A stretch of 64,000 bases of DNA from an uncultured Chloroflexia bacterium (GTDB lineage Bacteria; Chloroflexota; Limnocylindria; Limnocylindrales; CSP1-4), in assembly GCA_963776285.1 (NCBI GenBank), contig CAVZLW010000003.1:312129-376128 (forward strand), given 5' to 3'. The first letter of the stretch is position 1. Every line of letters begins with the position of its first letter. The notes under the pieces are model-generated. The model did not search any database and had not been told where the DNA came from. It saw nothing but the letters and a program-made list of their open reading frames with translations. Both the position numbers and the translations under genes were made by a program. This document shows, piece by piece, positions 59,842 through 64,000 of the stretch.

Positions 59842-61446
59842 ATGGAGCGGTTCGGATCGACGGTCCGGCGCCGGGTCGCGATGGCGGCCGCCGCGATCGT
59901 CATCTCGCTTGCCGCGACGACGCTCGTCGTCGGCGTCCTCGAGGACCGGCTCGGCGTCGTCAACGCGTCCGCCACCTACCTGCTGGCGGTCGTGGCGATG
60001 GCGGTCGCCTTCGGCATCCCGGCTGCCGTGGCGACGGCCATCGGGTCGTTCCTGGTCTACGACGTCGTGTTCGTCCAGCCCACGGGCGCCCTCGTCGTCG
60101 CGGATCCCGAGGAGTGGCTCAACCTTCTCCTCCTGCTCGCCCTGGGGGTGATCGTGGGCCAGCTCGCGGGGATGCAGCGCGCCCGGGCGGAGGCCGCGCT
60201 GCTCCGCGAGCGCCAGGCGCGGGCGCAGTACCGGATCGGTCGCGCCCTGGCGACGAGCCGCGCGGCAACGGCGGCGCTGCCCGAGGTGGTGGAGGTCCTC
60301 CGGTCGGAGACGGGCGCGTCCCGCGCCTGGATCTCACTGGAGTCGGGCACGGCACCGGAGCGCGTCGTCGCCGACAGCGGCGTCGACGGGCACCCCGCGG
60401 TCGGGCCGTCGCACCACCAGCTTCGGCGCGACCCGGGCGACCAGTCGGCGGAATGGATCCGGGTCCACGACCCGCGCCTGGCGACGCCGAGCGCCCCGGA
60501 CCCGGAATGGGAGGCCTATCGCGTGCCTGTCGTCGCCGGCGGCGCGGCGCGTGGCTCCGTCTGGGTCGTCCGGCCGCGGAGCGCGGGCCGGCCCGGACGC
60601 GGCGACACGCGCGTCCTCGCGGCTGCCGCCGACCAGGTCGGCCAGGCGCTCGTGCGGGACCGCCTGGCGGACGAGGCAACCAGCGCCGAGATCGCGCGGC
60701 GCAGCGAGGCGGCCAAGAGCGCCCTGCTCGACTCCGTGTCGCACGACCTGCGGACGCCCCTCGCCTCGATCCGCGCGGCGGCCGGGAGCCTGATGGACCC
60801 GGCGCTGGAGCCCGACCCGGCGACGCGCCGCGAGCGAGCCGCCGTGATCGATCGGGAGGCGCATCGCCTCAACCGGCTCGTCTCCAACCTCCTTGACATG
60901 AGCCGCATCGAGGCAGGCGACCTTCGGGCGCACCTCGAAGCGTTCCCGCTGGAGGATCTGGTCGACGCGACGGTCGAGCGGATGGCCGGTCTTCTCGAGG
61001 CCCATCCCCTGACCGTCGCCATGCGCGCAGACCTGCCACCGGTCGAGGTCGATCCGGTCTTCATCGACCAGGTCCTGACCAACCTCCTGGAGAACGCGGC
61101 GCGGCACGCCACGTCCGGCGCGCCGATCCGCGTCCACGCCGAGGCAATCGCGGGGGACATGGTCCGTCTCACCGTCGAGGACGGCGGGCCGGGAGTCCCG
61201 CAGGCCGCCCTCGAGCACCTCTTCGAGAAGTTCTCGCGGCTGCCTCGCGCCGGCGGGGGATCGCGACCGGGCAGCGGGATCGGCCTCGCCGTCGTGCGCG
61301 GCCTGGTCCAGGCGATGGGTGGACGCGCAACCGCCCGCCCGAGTGAGCTCGGCGGCCTCGCCGTGGACGTCGACCTCAGGGCCGCGCGCCTCCCGATGCC
61401 TTCGGCCGACCGCGCTTCCGAGCCACCCGGAGCGTCGCGACCGTGA
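59842..61446 (+). CDS. kdpD: KdpD-like sensor histidine kinase lacking the N-terminal KdpD/Usp sensor region (DUF4118 TM module + GAF-like + HisKA + HATPase_c)
   Basis: ATG 59842, 30 bp after typA. Four N-terminal TM helices, ...LLDSVSHDLRTPLASI... (H-box), ...LTNLLENAARHA... (N-box), ...GSGIGLAVVRGLVQAMGG... (G2-box). Confidence 0.8.
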   Translation: MERFGSTVRRRVAMAAAAIVISLAATTLVVGVLEDRLGVVNASATYLLAVVAMAVAFGIPAAVATAIGSFLVYDVVFVQPTGALVVADPEEWLNLLLLLALGVIVGQLAGMQRARAEAALLRERQARAQYRIGRALATSRAATAALPEVVEVLRSETGASRAWISLESGTAPERVVADSGVDGHPAVGPSHHQLRRDPGDQSAEWIRVHDPRLATPSAPDPEWEAYRVPVVAGGAARGSVWVVRPRSAGRPGRGDTRVLAAAADQVGQALVRDRLADEATSAEIARRSEAAKSALLDSVSHDLRTPLASIRAAAGSLMDPALEPDPATRRERAAVIDREAHRLNRLVSNLLDMSRIEAGDLRAHLEAFPLEDLVDATVERMAGLLEAHPLTVAMRADLPPVEVDPVFIDQVLTNLLENAARHATSGAPIRVHAEAIAGDMVRLTVEDGGPGVPQAALEHLFEKFSRLPRAGGGSRPGSGIGLAVVRGLVQAMGGRATARPSELGGLAVDVDLRAARLPMPSADRASEPPGASRP

Positions 61447-62171
61447 CCCCGGAGGCGCCTCGCGGTGCCCTGATCCTCCTCGTCGAGGACGATGCCGCGA
61501 CGCGCCACGAGGTGGCGGCCTTCCTGGGCCTCCACGGGTTCCGGATCGTCGAGGCCGCGGACGCGGCGACGGCGCTGGAGCGATGGGGCGCCCAGCGCCC
61601 CGACCTCGTGCTCCTCGACCTTGGCCTGCCGGACGCGGACGGCACGGTGGTGATCCGTCGCGTGCGGCGCGACGCGGTCACGCCGATCGTCGTCCTCTCC
61701 GCGCGCGACCGGGAGGAGGCCAAGGTGGCAGCGCTCGAACAGGGCGCCGACGATTTCGTCACGAAGCCGTTCGGTGCGGCGGAGCTCCTGGCTCGCCTCC
61801 GGGCGGTTCTCCGACGGGCGGCCGGCCCGGCCGCGGAGCCGACCGGGGAGCTGCGCCTCGGCCCGCTGGAGATCCACGTGGCCCACCACGAGGTGACGGT
61901 CGACGGGCTCCCGGTCCACCTCACGCCCCGCGAGTACGAGGTCCTCAAGGTGCTCGTCGCCCACGCAGGCCGGCTGGTGACGCATGCCCGGCTCCTCCGG
62001 GCGGTCTGGGGCACTGCCTACGCCGACGAGGCGCACTACGTGCACGTGTACGTCAGCCAGATCCGCCGCAAGCTTGCCGCCGCCGATCGCGACGGCAGCC
62101 TGCACGGCCTCATCGTGGCCGAGCCGGGGGTCGGCTATCGGGTTCGCATGCCCGACTCGGATCGATCCTGA
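61443..62171 (+). CDS. kdpE: OmpR/PhoB-family response regulator (KdpE-like)
   Basis: GTG 61443 (GTGA overlap). ...ILLVEDDAATR..., ...LVLLDLGLPDADG..., ...VTKPF..., winged-helix ...LTPREYEVLKVLVAHAGRLVTHARLLRAVWG... Confidence 0.85.
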   Translation: MTPEAPRGALILLVEDDAATRHEVAAFLGLHGFRIVEAADAATALERWGAQRPDLVLLDLGLPDADGTVVIRRVRRDAVTPIVVLSARDREEAKVAALEQGADDFVTKPFGAAELLARLRAVLRRAAGPAAEPTGELRLGPLEIHVAHHEVTVDGLPVHLTPREYEVLKVLVAHAGRLVTHARLLRAVWGTAYADEAHYVHVYVSQIRRKLAAADRDGSLHGLIVAEPGVGYRVRMPDSDRS

Positions 62172-62240
62172 GCGATCCTTGAGCGCCCGGGGCGCCCCCC
62201 TGGGTCGCGGCCTCTTGGTGCCCTGCGGGATGCTGGCCTC

Positions 62241-62519
62241 ATGGAAACGCCCCGCCCCTGGCATGCCGGTCACCAGCCCGGCGCCGACCAAGGCATCGCA
62301 GCCGCCGACGCTCGCTCGCGCGAGCTCGCCGAGGCCGAGCTGCGAGCGGCGATCGCCATCGTGTCGCGCAACGCGGCCTACCGGGTGATCGTCTGCGGCA
62401 TGGCCACCGACGCGCGCCTGGTGGCCGGCCTGGACCGGCTGGCGGCCGCTGCCGGCGTGGTCCTCGAGCGCAGGATCCGGCCCGGCGGAGGTCTGGACGT
62501 CGTTGTCCGGTCCACATGA
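62241..62519 (+). CDS. small hypothetical protein (92 aa); weak resemblance to a KdpD Usp-like segment
   Basis: ...AYRVIVCGMATDARLVAGLDRLAAAAGVVLERR... loosely resembles the KdpD Usp-domain core (RILVCV...LIR.AARLA..LGA). May instead be a non-coding leader of the downstream permease. Confidence 0.25.
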   Translation: METPRPWHAGHQPGADQGIAAADARSRELAEAELRAAIAIVSRNAAYRVIVCGMATDARLVAGLDRLAAAAGVVLERRIRPGGGLDVVVRST

Positions 62520-62538
62520 CGCCGATCCCGAGCTGACC

Positions 62539-64000
62539 GTGGACCAGAAGCTTCTCCAGGGCCGCAAGCCCGGCGACCGGCGCGTGCGTGTCGACCGCCC
62601 GGAGGCCCGCTACTTCCGCTATTCGCGTCCGGGCGTCGTCGTCGCCCGGACGACCGCCCTGGTGCCGCGGACCCGCGTCGGTCGCGTCGGCCTCACCGCC
62701 CGCAGAACGCTCTTCGGGCAACCCCTCGCCACCGACCAGGAGATCGACCAGCGCCTGCCCAAGTGGAAGGCGCTTGCCGTCTTCTCCAGCGACGTCATGT
62801 CCTCGGTGGCGTACGCGACCGAAGCCAGCATGTTCACCCTGCTCGCCGCCGGCACCGTCGCCTTCGCCTACCTGATGCCGATCTCGCTGCTGATCGTCGG
62901 CCTGCTGGTGCTCGTGACGTTCTCCTATCGCCAGACCATCCGAGCCTACCCGTCAGGCGGCGGCAGCTACATCGTGGCCCACGCGAACCTGGGCACCCTG
63001 CCCGGGCTGGTTGCCGCTGCGGCGCTCCTCACCGACTACGTCCTGACCGTGGCCGTGAGCGTCTCGAGCGGCGTCTTCAATCTCGCCTCGGCATTTCCCG
63101 CTCTCCACGCCATCACGGTGCCGCTCATCGTGGTGGCGATCCTTCTGGTGATGGGCGTGAACCTGCGTGGAATCCGGGAGAGCGGGACGGTCTTCGCCCT
63201 GCCCACGTACGTCTTCGTCGTCAGCGTCATCCTCCTGGTCGTGGTCGGCGTCGTGCGTACCGCCCTGGGCCAGGCGCCCCAGGTGACGGATGTCGTCCCG
63301 ATCCAGGTGCCCGTCGAGTCGATCAGCCTGCTCCTGCTCATGCGCGCCTTCGCCGACGGCTGCAGCGCGATGACCGGGACCGAGGCGATCTCGAACGGGA
63401 CGCCGGCGTTCAAGCCGCCGGAGTGGAAGAACGCCCAGAAGACGATGGTGGCGATGGCCGCGATCCTCGGCTTCGTGTTCCTGGGGATCTCGTTCCTGGC
63501 GGGCGTGTCGGGAGCCGTCCCATCGCAGACGGAATCGGTGCTCTCGCAGGTCGGCCGGGCGACCTTCGGCCAGGGCCCCATCTGGTACATCCTGCTGATC
63601 TCGACGATGGGGATCCTGGTGCTGGCCGCCCAGACCAGCTTCGCCGACTTCCCGCGGCTCGCCTCGATCCTCGCCCGCGACGGATTCATGCCCCGCGGCT
63701 TCGCGTACCGTGGCGAGCGCCTCGCCTTCAACGCCGGAATCGTCGCCCTCGCGGCGCTCGCCATCGGCGTGGCCGTCGCCTTCGGCGGGCGCGTCGAGGC
63801 GCTGATCCCGCTGTACGCGATCGGCGTCTTCACTGCCTTCACCCTGTCGCAGGCCGGCATGGTCCGCCACTGGTTCTCGGAGAAGGGTCCGGGCTGGCGG
63901 CGGAGCGCGATCATCAACGGGGTGGGGGCGGTCGCCACCGGCATCGTCGCGGTCGTGTTCGCGATCGCCAAGTTCGGCCTGGGAGCGTGGGTGATCCTGG
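62539..64000 (+). CDS. APC-superfamily amino-acid/polyamine permease, 3'-partial (runs off window end)
   Basis: GTG 62539. Continuous multi-TM ORF to the window end: ...LAVFSSDVMSSVAYATEASM..., ...AFADGCSAMTGTEAISNG..., 10 or more hydrophobic helices. Confidence 0.7.
   Translation, partial: MDQKLLQGRKPGDRRVRVDRPEARYFRYSRPGVVVARTTALVPRTRVGRVGLTARRTLFGQPLATDQEIDQRLPKWKALAVFSSDVMSSVAYATEASMFTLLAAGTVAFAYLMPISLLIVGLLVLVTFSYRQTIRAYPSGGGSYIVAHANLGTLPGLVAAAALLTDYVLTVAVSVSSGVFNLASAFPALHAITVPLIVVAILLVMGVNLRGIRESGTVFALPTYVFVVSVILLVVVGVVRTALGQAPQVTDVVPIQVPVESISLLLLMRAFADGCSAMTGTEAISNGTPAFKPPEWKNAQKTMVAMAAILGFVFLGISFLAGVSGAVPSQTESVLSQVGRATFGQGPIWYILLISTMGILVLAAQTSFADFPRLASILARDGFMPRGFAYRGERLAFNAGIVALAALAIGVAVAFGGRVEALIPLYAIGVFTAFTLSQAGMVRHWFSEKGPGWRRSAIINGVGAVATGIVAVVFAIAKFGLGAWVIL

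Overview
High-GC (about 70% or higher) bacterial chromosomal segment, probably from an actinobacterium-like lineage. Strong third-position GC bias produces many long arginine-rich antisense ORFs, which I treat as spurious. I support about 55 protein-coding genes, one tRNA-Met(CAT), one strong bidirectional terminator hairpin, and one IS5-family mobile element.

Most of the window is core housekeeping:
- Translation: ychF, typA, hisS, aspS, relA/rel.
- Cell envelope: murI, murJ, two tandem FemX-like transferases, murE, ftsH, an FtsB-like protein.
- Replication and repair: topA, xerC, dprA, comM, a MrfA/MrfB-like helicase-exonuclease pair, and a partial RecB-family Fe-S nuclease.
- Metabolism: M20 peptidases, agmatinase, ppa, trpB2, tyrA, a pfkB kinase.
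- Signalling: a kdpD-like histidine kinase with kdpE, an orphan LuxR-type response regulator, and two paralogous receiver+ParA/MinD-like (CpaE/TadZ-like) ATPases.

Accessory or unusual content:
- A roughly 2.0 kb element bounded by 16-bp imperfect inverted repeats and a TGA direct repeat. It carries an IS5-family transposase plus a DUF4304-HEAT passenger gene, and sits exactly on the stop codon of a stand-alone DnaB-C-terminal-like ATPase gene, 81 bp upstream of ppa.
- A secreted-protein/lipoprotein pair of unknown function.
- A cysteine/histidine-rich 90-aa ORF between hisS and aspS.
- An 800-bp gene-poor convergent gap.
- Two single-frame interruptions in GC homopolymer/repeat tracts (the partial nuclease and comM). 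These are either pseudogenes or sequencing errors.

Many adjacent genes are linked by 4-nt start/stop overlaps (GTGA/ATGA).
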